IMG/VR virus record: IMGVR_UViG_3300039016_000025
Coordinates: 1-45,876 of that record
Length of the DNA stretch: 45,876 nt
Origin: a virus
Strand: one strand, 5' to 3'
The notes beneath the pieces are model-generated. The model did not search any database. It was not told the origin of the DNA and saw only the letters and a list, made by a program, of their open reading frames with translations. The position numbers and the translations under genes are program-made. Below are positions 25,249-32,952 of this stretch, piece by piece (within the stretch, counting starts at the first letter, position 1; every line of letters starts with the position of its first letter).

Positions 25249-26106
25249 TTAGGATTCCGCCGGGGCTTCCTCTTCGACCACGGTAGCCGGCCAGACGTTG
25301 TAATGGGCTTCAACCAGCACCAGCGCGGCCCGGTATTCAACGGCATGCACGTTGTCGCCGTGTTCCCCTTGCAGCTTGTCCCGGAACTCTTCCACGGTGC
25401 CAAAGAAGCAACCGGCACGAAGGTAAACGCCCTTTTCCGTGAGGAATGCCGTCAAAATGTCTTGCCGAGAACCGATCGGGCCGACCGCGAAATAGGGACG
25501 GTCGCCCGTCAGTTTACCCGCGTCGCGAAGGTCCGCGCCGCAAAGGTTCGCGCCGCAAAGGTCCGCGCCGCAAAGGTTCGCGCCGTAAAGGTCCGCGCCG
25601 CAAAGGTCCGCGCCGCAAAGGTCCGCGCTGCGAAGGTTCGCGCTGCGAAGGTTCGCGCTGCGAAGGTTCGCGCCGTAAAGGTTCGCGCTGCGAAGGTCCG
25701 CGCCGTAAAGGTTCGCGCTGCGAAGGTCCGCGCCGTAAAGGTTCGCGCCGTAAAGGTTCGCGCCGCAAAGGTTCGCGCCGTAAAGGTTCGCGCTGCGAAG
25801 GTCCGCGCCGTAAAGGTTCGCGCCGCAAAGGTCCGCGCCGTAAAGGTTCGCGCCGTAAAGGTTCGCGCTGCGAAGGTCCGCGCCGTAAAGGTTCGCGTCG
25901 CGAAGGTCCGCGCTGCGAAGGTCCGCGCCGTAAAGGTCCGCGCTGCGAAGGTCCGCGCCGTAAAGGTTCGCGCTGCGAAGGTCCGCGCCGTAAAGGTTCG
26001 CTTTTGCGTTTATCGCGGCGGCCAACGTAATTGCGTCGCTGTTGTTTTCGCATTCGTGGCTAAAAAGAATTTCCAGCGAAAAGCGGGATTTGATTTCAAT
26101 TTTCAT
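25249..26106 (-). CDS. Pentapeptide-repeat protein (32 consecutive A[ND]L[YRC][GSD] units plus a non-repeat C-terminal domain of about 90 aa)
   Basis: 285-aa ORF, GGAGAGG RBS, own promoter and terminator. Repeats read directly from the translation. Confidence 0.85.
   Translation of the reverse strand: MKIEIKSRFSLEILFSHECENNSDAITLAAAINAKANLYGADLRSANLYGADLRSADLYGADLRSADLRDANLYGADLRSANLYGANLYGADLCGANLYGADLRSANLYGANLCGANLYGANLYGADLRSANLYGADLRSANLYGANLRSANLRSANLRSADLCGADLCGADLYGANLCGADLCGANLCGADLRDAGKLTGDRPYFAVGPIGSRQDILTAFLTEKGVYLRAGCFFGTVEEFRDKLQGEHGDNVHAVEYRAALVLVEAHYNVWPATVVEEEAPAES
25522..26001. repeat. About 480 bp of contiguous 15-bp-periodic tandem repeat (the coding repeat of the pentapeptide protein)
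   Basis: Units such as gcgccgtaaaggttc and gcgctgcgaaggtcc are iterated without spacers. Several alternative frames are open across it. Confidence 0.9.
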
Positions 26107-26148
26107 GGTGTGTACCTCTCCAGGTGAATTAAGGATGCTACGGGCCTA

Positions 26149-26177
26149 ACTATAGATAAATAATTTACCGTCGGCAA
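26149..26177 (-). promoter_or_regulatory. Early promoter cassette copy 3 (TTGCCG-17-TATAGT)
   Basis: Minus strand reads ttgccg acggtaaattatttatc tatagt. Confidence 0.6.
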
Positions 26178-26180
26178 CGG

Positions 26181-26306
26181 TTATTTCTCGACTTCAAACT
26201 TAATGCCCCAGCGGAAAACCGCGGCATATAGGGCGCCGGCCGCAAACAAAAGCGGCTTTGTCCACCAGCGGGATTTAACGCTTACGGTGATTGATAGCTC
26301 CGTCAT
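26181..26306 (-). CDS. Possible 41-aa hydrophobic peptide, ATGA-coupled to the ParB-like gene
   Basis: Hand translation gives MTELSITVSVKSRWWTKPLLFAAGALYAAVFRWGIKFEVEK. Below the track size cut-off. Confidence 0.35.
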   Translation of the reverse strand: MTELSITVSVKSRWWTKPLLFAAGALYAAVFRWGIKFEVEK

Positions 26307-27142
26307 TTCTTCATGCTCTCCAACAGGTCGACAAGCGCCTTTTGGAACTTGGTGGACAATTGCTTGTAGCCCGGGTCGTCCATGAGCGTGGTCAACATTT
26401 GGTGCATGGGTTCCGCCTGTTTGCGTAGCACCTTCTTAAATTCGGCTTGCGGCAAGTGCTTGGCGGTAACGCGGCCGGTCCCCGACTTGACCATGGCAGC
26501 CAGTAACACGTCGCCCGCCTTGTCCCCGTGCTTCTTGATACTGTCAATTGCTAATGTGGCCGATATGACCGACTCCATTACCATGCGGCGAACCGGGAGC
26601 GGCGCCGATGCCAGGGACAACAGGGCGTCGACGTATTGTGCCCCGGAGTATCCCAAGCGGCGGGCAATCTCTTTGGACTCCCAGCCGAAGGCGGCCAGGC
26701 GCTTGCACACGACGGCTTGTTCGTAGGTGGTCAGGGGTTCCCCTTCGTTGCCCGTGACAAGGTCAACGGTAAGGTCTTCCATGCTGGTGCCGCGGGGCTT
26801 GATTACCACGGGCACGGCGGCCACTTCCACACCTTCCGAAAGCGCCAGCAATACCGCTTCGTGCCGGCGGTGCCCCCCGGTGACGTAGATAACTTCCGTG
26901 CCCTCTTCCAGCGCCACGAAGCCGGTCAACGGCTTGTCCCTGTAATAGCCGTTTGCCTTGATGCTGTCAGCAATCCAGCGCACGCGGCCGGCATACGCTT
27001 CATTTTTGACGCGGGCGTTAAAGCCCTCAAGGATGCGGAGCCGGGTCGGTTCCACTTGCCACAGGTCCGCACTTACGGCGCCGACGGCTTTCATGGCGGC
27101 TTTCATGTTGCCGGGGGTCAGTTCGCGGGTAAAGTCTTCCAT
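26303..27142 (-). CDS. ParB/KorB-like protein (ParB N-terminal domain plus HTH)
   Basis: 279 aa. Has the GGHRRH arginine-finger motif and an HTH-like WESKEIARRLGYSGAQYV. Confidence 0.7.
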   Translation of the reverse strand: MEDFTRELTPGNMKAAMKAVGAVSADLWQVEPTRLRILEGFNARVKNEAYAGRVRWIADSIKANGYYRDKPLTGFVALEEGTEVIYVTGGHRRHEAVLLALSEGVEVAAVPVVIKPRGTSMEDLTVDLVTGNEGEPLTTYEQAVVCKRLAAFGWESKEIARRLGYSGAQYVDALLSLASAPLPVRRMVMESVISATLAIDSIKKHGDKAGDVLLAAMVKSGTGRVTAKHLPQAEFKKVLRKQAEPMHQMLTTLMDDPGYKQLSTKFQKALVDLLESMKK

Positions 27143-27165
27143 TGGTTCACCTCTCCAAGTGATAG

Positions 27166-27188
27166 AGTAAAAGCCCCTTGCGGGGCGG
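27166..27188 (-). terminator. Intrinsic terminator/attenuator between the 69-aa gene and the ParB-like gene
   Basis: Minus strand reads gcccc gcaa ggggc tttt. Confidence 0.6.
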
Positions 27189-27192
27189 TTGG

Positions 27193-27402
27193 TTATCTGT
27201 ACTGCTTTACCATAAATTCGTCTTGGGCATAACCGAATAAGTTGACATACTTGCCGGTCGCATAGTTGAAACCGTCGTTAAACTTCGGATGATTTGGGTC
27301 GCCGTCGTCGAACTGCCCTTTCTTGTGCTGTGCCCGCAGTTCGTTGTCACATTCGCGCATTGCTTGTTTTGCTAGCTTTTTCGGCAGGTTGTACGTCTTC
27401 AT
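27193..27402 (-). CDS. Hypothetical 69-aa early protein
   Basis: ORF with its own early promoter cassette and CA-rich leader. Confidence 0.6.
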   Translation of the reverse strand: MKTYNLPKKLAKQAMRECDNELRAQHKKGQFDDGDPNHPKFNDGFNYATGKYVNLFGYAQDEFMVKQYR

Positions 27403-27435
27403 GTTCGTCGTTCCGGTTGTTGAGTTGATGAACGG

Positions 27436-27464
27436 AGTATAGATAAATTATTTATCTATGTCAA
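27436..27464 (-). promoter_or_regulatory. Early promoter cassette copy 4 (TTGACA-17-TATACT, perfect 19-bp palindrome in the spacer)
   Basis: Plus strand shows tatagataaattatttatctatgtcaa. Confidence 0.7.
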
Positions 27465-27500
27465 CACAAATTCAAAAGATTTTTGCACGGGCTCCGGCTT

Positions 27501-29885
27501 CTATGGGTGGACGGGGAACGGCACGCGGCTATGGTTGTTCGCCTGTTCGTAAGCCTTGGCGGCTTCGGCGGCGCCTTGAATGTGGCGGGCCTGGCTGTCC
27601 TTATGGATGAACAAGCGGGGCTTGCCGCCGTCCGGAAGTACCAGATTGTTGACGCGGCCTTCCACAAGGGCGGGATGGTAGGAGTAGCCCATCACTTCCA
27701 ACATTTCTTTGCGCTTGGAGTGCGTGACGCGGCGGGCAACCCCCAGGCGTTCCAGCATGCGGTCGAGTTGGATAGAAGATATCCAGCCGCCGCAAAAGCC
27801 GGGGAGCCCTTGGGCTATCGCTTCGTTGACTTCCTGTTCGACGCCGCCCGTGCTGGCCGCAATGGCAAGCGCCGTCGACGTGGTGACGGGGGCACGCTGG
27901 CAACTGGTCGCCGGGTTGTATTCGTCCGGGATTGGGAAAGAATGGAGCAATTCGGAAACGATGGCATAGCCGTCGCCCTTGAGCCAGTCATAGAGCCTCG
28001 GGAAGTAATCGCCGCTCATGCCGTCCCGGGTCAAGTCTTCGGCCTGTTGTTGGGCGCAAAACAAAATGGCAATCCGGCGGTCGTTTTGGGTCTTCCGCAC
28101 GGCGTCTTTATGGTTGCTGTTGAGCATGAAATTACCGCACACGTCCGCGGAGATTTGGTCGACGCCCTTGCCTTCAATCTCAAGGCCGTCGCCCCCGGTA
28201 ATCATCGGCTTCAATTCTTCAAAGACTTCCGCCCGGCTGTCCGGAATGTAGATATCTTCCACGCCATAGAAGACTTTACCAAGCATCCATGAATTGAATT
28301 GCGCGGCTAGCTTGGACGCCTTCGGCCAATGGACATACCGGCGCCCCACGGCTTCCGCAACGCAACGGGTGAACAAGGTTTTGCCGTTCCCTTCGACGCC
28401 CTGCAGCAAGGGTGCCCATTGAAACTTTACGCCCTTGTGCTGTACGCATGCGGCCATGTAGCAAAGCAGAATCAGGCGGTCGCGGTCGTCCGGCAAGACC
28501 TTTGCCAAATGGACCAAGAAGGGCGTCGGGTCCCCAACTTTGCGGGGCACGTCGACCGGCCAATAGGTGTTGACAAATACCTGGCCGCCGCGGTGAATGA
28601 GGGCGCCGGGCTGTTCGTCAGGGCGGAAGCAAGGCGCATTGGCCCGGGGGCATCGGTAGGCTTGGCTTTGCGTGAAGGCTTCCCAGGCGTCCCGGGTTGT
28701 CTTTTCGTTCGCTGTGTCCATGGTGAAGGTGTACCCACCATAAGCAACTTTGAATTGCTCCGGCTTTAGCATGACGCCGCCGGGGACCAAGACCCGGTGC
28801 AAATCCTGTATATACACGCACCCCGCGAAAAGGCGCAATTGCTCTTCATTGTTGGCGAAGGTGGAGCCCGTGACCAAGGTCGGCTTGGGCGGTTCGTTCG
28901 TGGCGCTGGGGGCGGGGCTGTCAGGGGCGCCGGCCACAGGTTCCGGGGCCTTGTCCGTCAGCACTTCAAATTGACGCCCTACGGCCCCCAGGATGGTGCG
29001 GGGCAAGTAGTCTTCCCGGTCCCATTTATCCCGGACCAATGCGGACTTTTCCATAAGCCGCTTGATGCGTTCGCAATCCTTCCCGGTCCAAAAGGCCAAG
29101 TGTTGGGCCAGGGCCGCGTCGGCGCTGCTGGCGTCATAGGCCCGCACGGGGTCCGGATAGCAACGCTGCAGGGCGTCAAGGTTCCCGGTCCACAGGTCCG
29201 CAAAACTGGCCCGGCCGCCAAATGCCGCCGCGGTTGATTGTGACCGCAACGCCCGCCGGATAAGTTCGTCGTCGTCGGCTGGTCCGCGCCATTCGGCCGC
29301 GGGGCCTTCGGTCCAACCCTGTTCCAAGGATTGCACGGCGTCCGGCGGAAAGTAGTTGGCAACCAGGGCGGGCAATATCGCGGAACAGTCCGTCGCGGAA
29401 TCGCCCGCGGCGCTAGTGCCGGTCAGGGCAACGAAGCGGCCCGTATGGTAGAACTCAAGGCCCAAGGCTTCGTTCTTGCAACCGTGCAGTGGCGGGCGCC
29501 CGGTCCCGAAGATATGCAGGCCCCGGCCGCTTTGGCTTACCTCAACGGCGGCCCCGGCAAACGCTCCGCAAAGTTGCTTTGCCAGCGGGGACCAATCGGA
29601 GCCGTCGGCCAGCAAGCAACCGTCGATGTCGAGGAACCAGAAGGGGTCGGCTTCCGTGAAGACGAAGCCCACACCGTAGGAGCCGCCGAACTGTACCGCC
29701 GCGGCGATGGCCGTCGCGTGGTCCGTCCAAAATTGGGGGTCGTGCGCCGATACCACACGGCCCGAGCGGAAGTCGGCGGGGAACTTGTCAGTTTTGCCGG
29801 GCCGGCTCCGGCTTGGTTGGGACACGTAGACAATAAATTGTCGATACGCGCCCATTGCCGCTAGGGCTGGTGGTAACTCTCGCAT
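27501..29885 (-). CDS. Primase-helicase (prim-pol-like N-terminus, D5/P4-type NTPase C-terminus)
   Basis: 794 aa. Has FVFTEADPFWFLDIDGC acidic motifs and Walker A GVEGNGKT. Confidence 0.75.
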   Translation of the reverse strand: MRELPPALAAMGAYRQFIVYVSQPSRSRPGKTDKFPADFRSGRVVSAHDPQFWTDHATAIAAAVQFGGSYGVGFVFTEADPFWFLDIDGCLLADGSDWSPLAKQLCGAFAGAAVEVSQSGRGLHIFGTGRPPLHGCKNEALGLEFYHTGRFVALTGTSAAGDSATDCSAILPALVANYFPPDAVQSLEQGWTEGPAAEWRGPADDDELIRRALRSQSTAAAFGGRASFADLWTGNLDALQRCYPDPVRAYDASSADAALAQHLAFWTGKDCERIKRLMEKSALVRDKWDREDYLPRTILGAVGRQFEVLTDKAPEPVAGAPDSPAPSATNEPPKPTLVTGSTFANNEEQLRLFAGCVYIQDLHRVLVPGGVMLKPEQFKVAYGGYTFTMDTANEKTTRDAWEAFTQSQAYRCPRANAPCFRPDEQPGALIHRGGQVFVNTYWPVDVPRKVGDPTPFLVHLAKVLPDDRDRLILLCYMAACVQHKGVKFQWAPLLQGVEGNGKTLFTRCVAEAVGRRYVHWPKASKLAAQFNSWMLGKVFYGVEDIYIPDSRAEVFEELKPMITGGDGLEIEGKGVDQISADVCGNFMLNSNHKDAVRKTQNDRRIAILFCAQQQAEDLTRDGMSGDYFPRLYDWLKGDGYAIVSELLHSFPIPDEYNPATSCQRAPVTTSTALAIAASTGGVEQEVNEAIAQGLPGFCGGWISSIQLDRMLERLGVARRVTHSKRKEMLEVMGYSYHPALVEGRVNNLVLPDGGKPRLFIHKDSQARHIQGAAEAAKAYEQANNHSRVPFPVHP

Positions 29886-29889
29886 GGAA

Positions 29890-30201
29890 TCAGCCCGCCA
29901 AAGTGTTGAGGGCGCGGGCTTTCAGTTCGGGGTCGGCCTTTTGGGCGCACTTATCGCCGGCCGCCAGCCCTTGGGCAATTACGCCCAATTCTTCGGCAAC
30001 GATGGCGGCCCGCATGATGGCACGTCGGAAGGCGACCATGGTGCCAAAGTATTTTGATGGCAAGCCTTCCGCGCAACCGGCTTCCTTGGCGACGGCGGCC
30101 CGGGTCAGCTTGGACCAGCCGCCGGGTCGACCGGCGACCTTGATTGCAGCGTTCAAAATTTCCAGCTTACGGTCGTCGGGCAAAAGGCGCTTTTTAGTCA
30201 T
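29890..30201 (-). CDS. TetR_N-type HTH protein with no ligand-binding domain (103 aa)
   Basis: EILNAAIKVAGRPGGWSKLTRAAVAKEAGCAEGLPSKYF fits the TetR N-terminal HTH pattern. Confidence 0.6.
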   Translation of the reverse strand: MTKKRLLPDDRKLEILNAAIKVAGRPGGWSKLTRAAVAKEAGCAEGLPSKYFGTMVAFRRAIMRAAIVAEELGVIAQGLAAGDKCAQKADPELKARALNTLAG

Positions 30202-30266
30202 GGCTGTCTACTCAAGAAAATTAGAGGGTATTGTGGGGCGTAATGACGGGAGCATCAACGATAAAG

Positions 30267-30752
30267 TTACAGGGTGCCGATTCCGGTGCAGAAGGCAGCA
30301 TCGCCGCCGCCCGACGTAACCAGTTGAGCCCAAGCCAATTGCGCTTGCTCATGGTCGTCGCCGGTATAGCGCCAGCCAACTTTTTTACATTCGCGGGACA
30401 CGAAGAGCGCAACGCATTGGCCGACGTGCCGCTGTTCAATCAGCATTGGGCGCCAGCCTATCAGGTCCGCGGACTTCATGACTTCGTTAACCTGCTTTGA
30501 CTCATTCGCCAGTCCATAGCGCACGGGGACGCCCCGGGAATCAATCAGGGCGCCGACGTTGTTGCGGAATAGACGTACCCCTTTGCGGGCGGCTTCCAGG
30601 CGCACGGCGGCTTGTACCGCGGCTTCACTGGTGCCCTTCACTTCCGGCGGTAGGTCGTGGCCGCCGTGCATGCCAAAGAGTCCGGCAAGCTCTTGGAGTG
30701 CGGCCATAGTGACCCCGTGTCGCACGGCCCATTGGTAGACGGCCGGGCTCAC
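30267..30752 (-). CDS. VRR-NUC domain nuclease
   Basis: 161 aa, GTG start in a GTGA overlap. Has SADLIGW ... FVSRECKK (D...E.K). Confidence 0.65.
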   Translation of the reverse strand: MSPAVYQWAVRHGVTMAALQELAGLFGMHGGHDLPPEVKGTSEAAVQAAVRLEAARKGVRLFRNNVGALIDSRGVPVRYGLANESKQVNEVMKSADLIGWRPMLIEQRHVGQCVALFVSRECKKVGWRYTGDDHEQAQLAWAQLVTSGGGDAAFCTGIGTL

Positions 30753-31192
30753 TGTTCGACCCGCTCAAAAATAACCGTCATGCCCAAGCGTTCCGCGACG
30801 TGAAGCTCCAACGTTGCGCCCTTGGATTCTTTCCAACCGGACAGCATAAAAATTGCTTCGCACTTGACCAGTTCAGCAAGGTCTTTCCGCATGCAGCAAG
30901 ACCATGGGCGGTCGACTTCGATTGCGTCCGCGTTGATTTCCGCGGGGCTGAATACCGTCCACCCCTTTTCGCGCAAGAACTTGGCCGCCGCATGAAACGT
31001 CAGGTAATTGTGGTCGACCTTCCCGCTCATGGGTCCGGCAATGTAAATGGAATTTTCTTGGGTAAATATCTCCGGCGGTTTGGCCCTTTTTCGCCAATAG
31101 CAAACGTCGCAAAGGTCAAGGTCGACCCCGGCGTCGCGCCCGTGGCGATTGGGATTTATGGCGTAACTTCCACAGTTTTTACATCGGGGCAT
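30749..31192 (-). CDS. DUF4406 / nucleoside 2-deoxyribosyltransferase-like protein with N-terminal zinc ribbon
   Basis: 147 aa. Has CKNCGS...CDVC, then IYIAGPMSG ... CEAIFMLSGWKESKGATLE. Confidence 0.6.
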   Translation of the reverse strand: MPRCKNCGSYAINPNRHGRDAGVDLDLCDVCYWRKRAKPPEIFTQENSIYIAGPMSGKVDHNYLTFHAAAKFLREKGWTVFSPAEINADAIEVDRPWSCCMRKDLAELVKCEAIFMLSGWKESKGATLELHVAERLGMTVIFERVEQ

Positions 31193-31195
31193 CGG

Positions 31196-32950
31196 TCAGG
31201 CTCCTTGCGTTGAAAAATAGGCCGCGGCGTCCACGGTCCCGTCAATGCCGAACTCGGCAAGCTCCGCGGCCACACGGCCGGCAAGCTCCGCGGCTTCCTT
31301 GGCGTTGAGGGTTTGCGCGTTCGCAACGTCGACCCCGAAGCGATGATAAAAGCGGCGGTAGCTTTCGGACTCCCCGCGGCCTTGGGCATTCTCAAGCCCA
31401 GCCCACCAGGCAATAACGTTCCGCAAGGCCCTTTGACCTTCCCGGCGTTCCCAATGCCGGCGGCGGACAGCGCCCGCAACCTCCGGGGCGGCGCCGTAGG
31501 GAATAACCGGGTCGCCGTCAATGCGGGCAATTTCCCCGCGCAAAGCGGCCAGGGTTTCCGGGTCAAGCTCCAACAGGTCGCCGTCGACAAACTCCGGGGC
31601 GCTCCGGCTTGGCGGGGGCGGGTAGTGGCCGCAATAGGGGCAGCATTTGTAAATCCGCTCATAGGGTTGGATGCACTCCGGGTTGACGCAAACCCGCATT
31701 GGGATGGCGTCCGACTTGCCGTTGCTTCGGCGCTCCCGGCGGTCTAGTGACCATTCCCGGCGGGCGTCCGGGAGCCCGTGCCGGAGTACGTTGTTCACAT
31801 GGTCAATGATGTAGGCGACGGGCTTTTCGCTGGCCGCAATTGCCGCCCGGCGCTGTTCGTCCGTCAAGTGGGCATGTACGGCCGCGGCTTCCTTGGACAG
31901 CATAAGGCGCAACGCCCGGCCGAACTGTTGGCAGAAGAGCGCGAAGGATTCCGTCGGCCTGGCGAACGACACGACTTCAATTGCTGGAAGGTCGAAGCCT
32001 TCCCCGAACAAATCCACATTGACAAGCTGCAGGATTTCCCGGGCCTTGAAGCGCCGGAGAATTTGGGAGCGGAGCGCGTCCGGGGTCTTGGCGCTGACAA
32101 CTTCGGCAGGCACGCCAGCAGCCCGGAACGCCCCGGCAATTTCGGTTGCAGCTTCAACGTCGACGGCGAAGGTGACGCCCAATTTACCCCGGGCCAACTT
32201 GAGGTAATGCGCCACCACGTCCCCGGTAATATGGGACTTGTGGACCGCCTTGCGTAGCTGGTCCGCGTTGTAATCCCCGGTCGCCTGGCTCAGTGCCACG
32301 GCCGATAGGTCAAGGTCGGACGGCGGCGCAAAAATGCGGTAATCCGTCAAATACCCCATGTTGATAATGTCCCGCATGGAAGGCGCCAAGACCATGGCGT
32401 CGACCAGTCCGTCCGCGTGCCGCCCCAGCCCCTTGCCGTCCGCACGTAGCGGCGTGGCCGTTGGGAGTAGCGACCGGGCGTTCGGGAACATGCTGGCGGC
32501 AATGCCCCACTTGTTGGCCTTTAGGACGTGGTGCGCTTCGTCTTGGACGACCAAGCGGGTTTGCATGAAGAAGGGGTCGGCCGGGTCCATGCGTATGACG
32601 GTATCAACCCCGCCGACGCCGGTCTTCGCGTTCGGGTCAAAGAAGGAATAGCCAAGCTCCGCAACCTGTAGGGCGCTGATAATCCGTATCAGGTTCGACC
32701 CCTTCTTGGCGCCAAGGATGCGATGCCGCACGCCGTTACGGGCCAGGGCAATAGAAATTTGGCTTACCAGTTCTTGACGGTGCGCGATGGCCGCCGACGC
32801 GCCCGGTTCGTCGTAAAGTACCTTTGAGAGAATCACGGTTTTACCGGACCCCGTGGCCGCCACGGGCATGACGTTGACGGCGCCGCTGTTCCACGCTTGG
32901 TAAATCTCCGATTCTAGCGCGGCTTGGAAGGGTCTTAGGGGTACGGGCAT
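31196..32950 (-). CDS. SF2 DEAD/DEAH-box helicase with C-terminal zinc ribbon
   Basis: 584 aa. Motif I is AATGSGKT, motif II is DEAH, and it also has CVNPEC...CCPYC. Confidence 0.8.
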   Translation of the reverse strand: MPVPLRPFQAALESEIYQAWNSGAVNVMPVAATGSGKTVILSKVLYDEPGASAAIAHRQELVSQISIALARNGVRHRILGAKKGSNLIRIISALQVAELGYSFFDPNAKTGVGGVDTVIRMDPADPFFMQTRLVVQDEAHHVLKANKWGIAASMFPNARSLLPTATPLRADGKGLGRHADGLVDAMVLAPSMRDIINMGYLTDYRIFAPPSDLDLSAVALSQATGDYNADQLRKAVHKSHITGDVVAHYLKLARGKLGVTFAVDVEAATEIAGAFRAAGVPAEVVSAKTPDALRSQILRRFKAREILQLVNVDLFGEGFDLPAIEVVSFARPTESFALFCQQFGRALRLMLSKEAAAVHAHLTDEQRRAAIAASEKPVAYIIDHVNNVLRHGLPDARREWSLDRRERRSNGKSDAIPMRVCVNPECIQPYERIYKCCPYCGHYPPPPSRSAPEFVDGDLLELDPETLAALRGEIARIDGDPVIPYGAAPEVAGAVRRRHWERREGQRALRNVIAWWAGLENAQGRGESESYRRFYHRFGVDVANAQTLNAKEAAELAGRVAAELAEFGIDGTVDAAAYFSTQGA

Positions 32951-32952
32951 GG

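Noticed and set aside
25522-26001. Regular short repeats that could suggest a CRISPR array, iterons or a satellite. Includes the KVRAA and RRKGS repeat ORFs in other frames (25303-26127, 25446-26030, 25514-26053).
   Set aside because: The units are contiguous 15-mers with no spacers. They sit in frame inside an ORF that has non-repeat N- and C-terminal domains, an RBS, a promoter and a terminator on the minus strand. The other-frame ORFs lack all of these.
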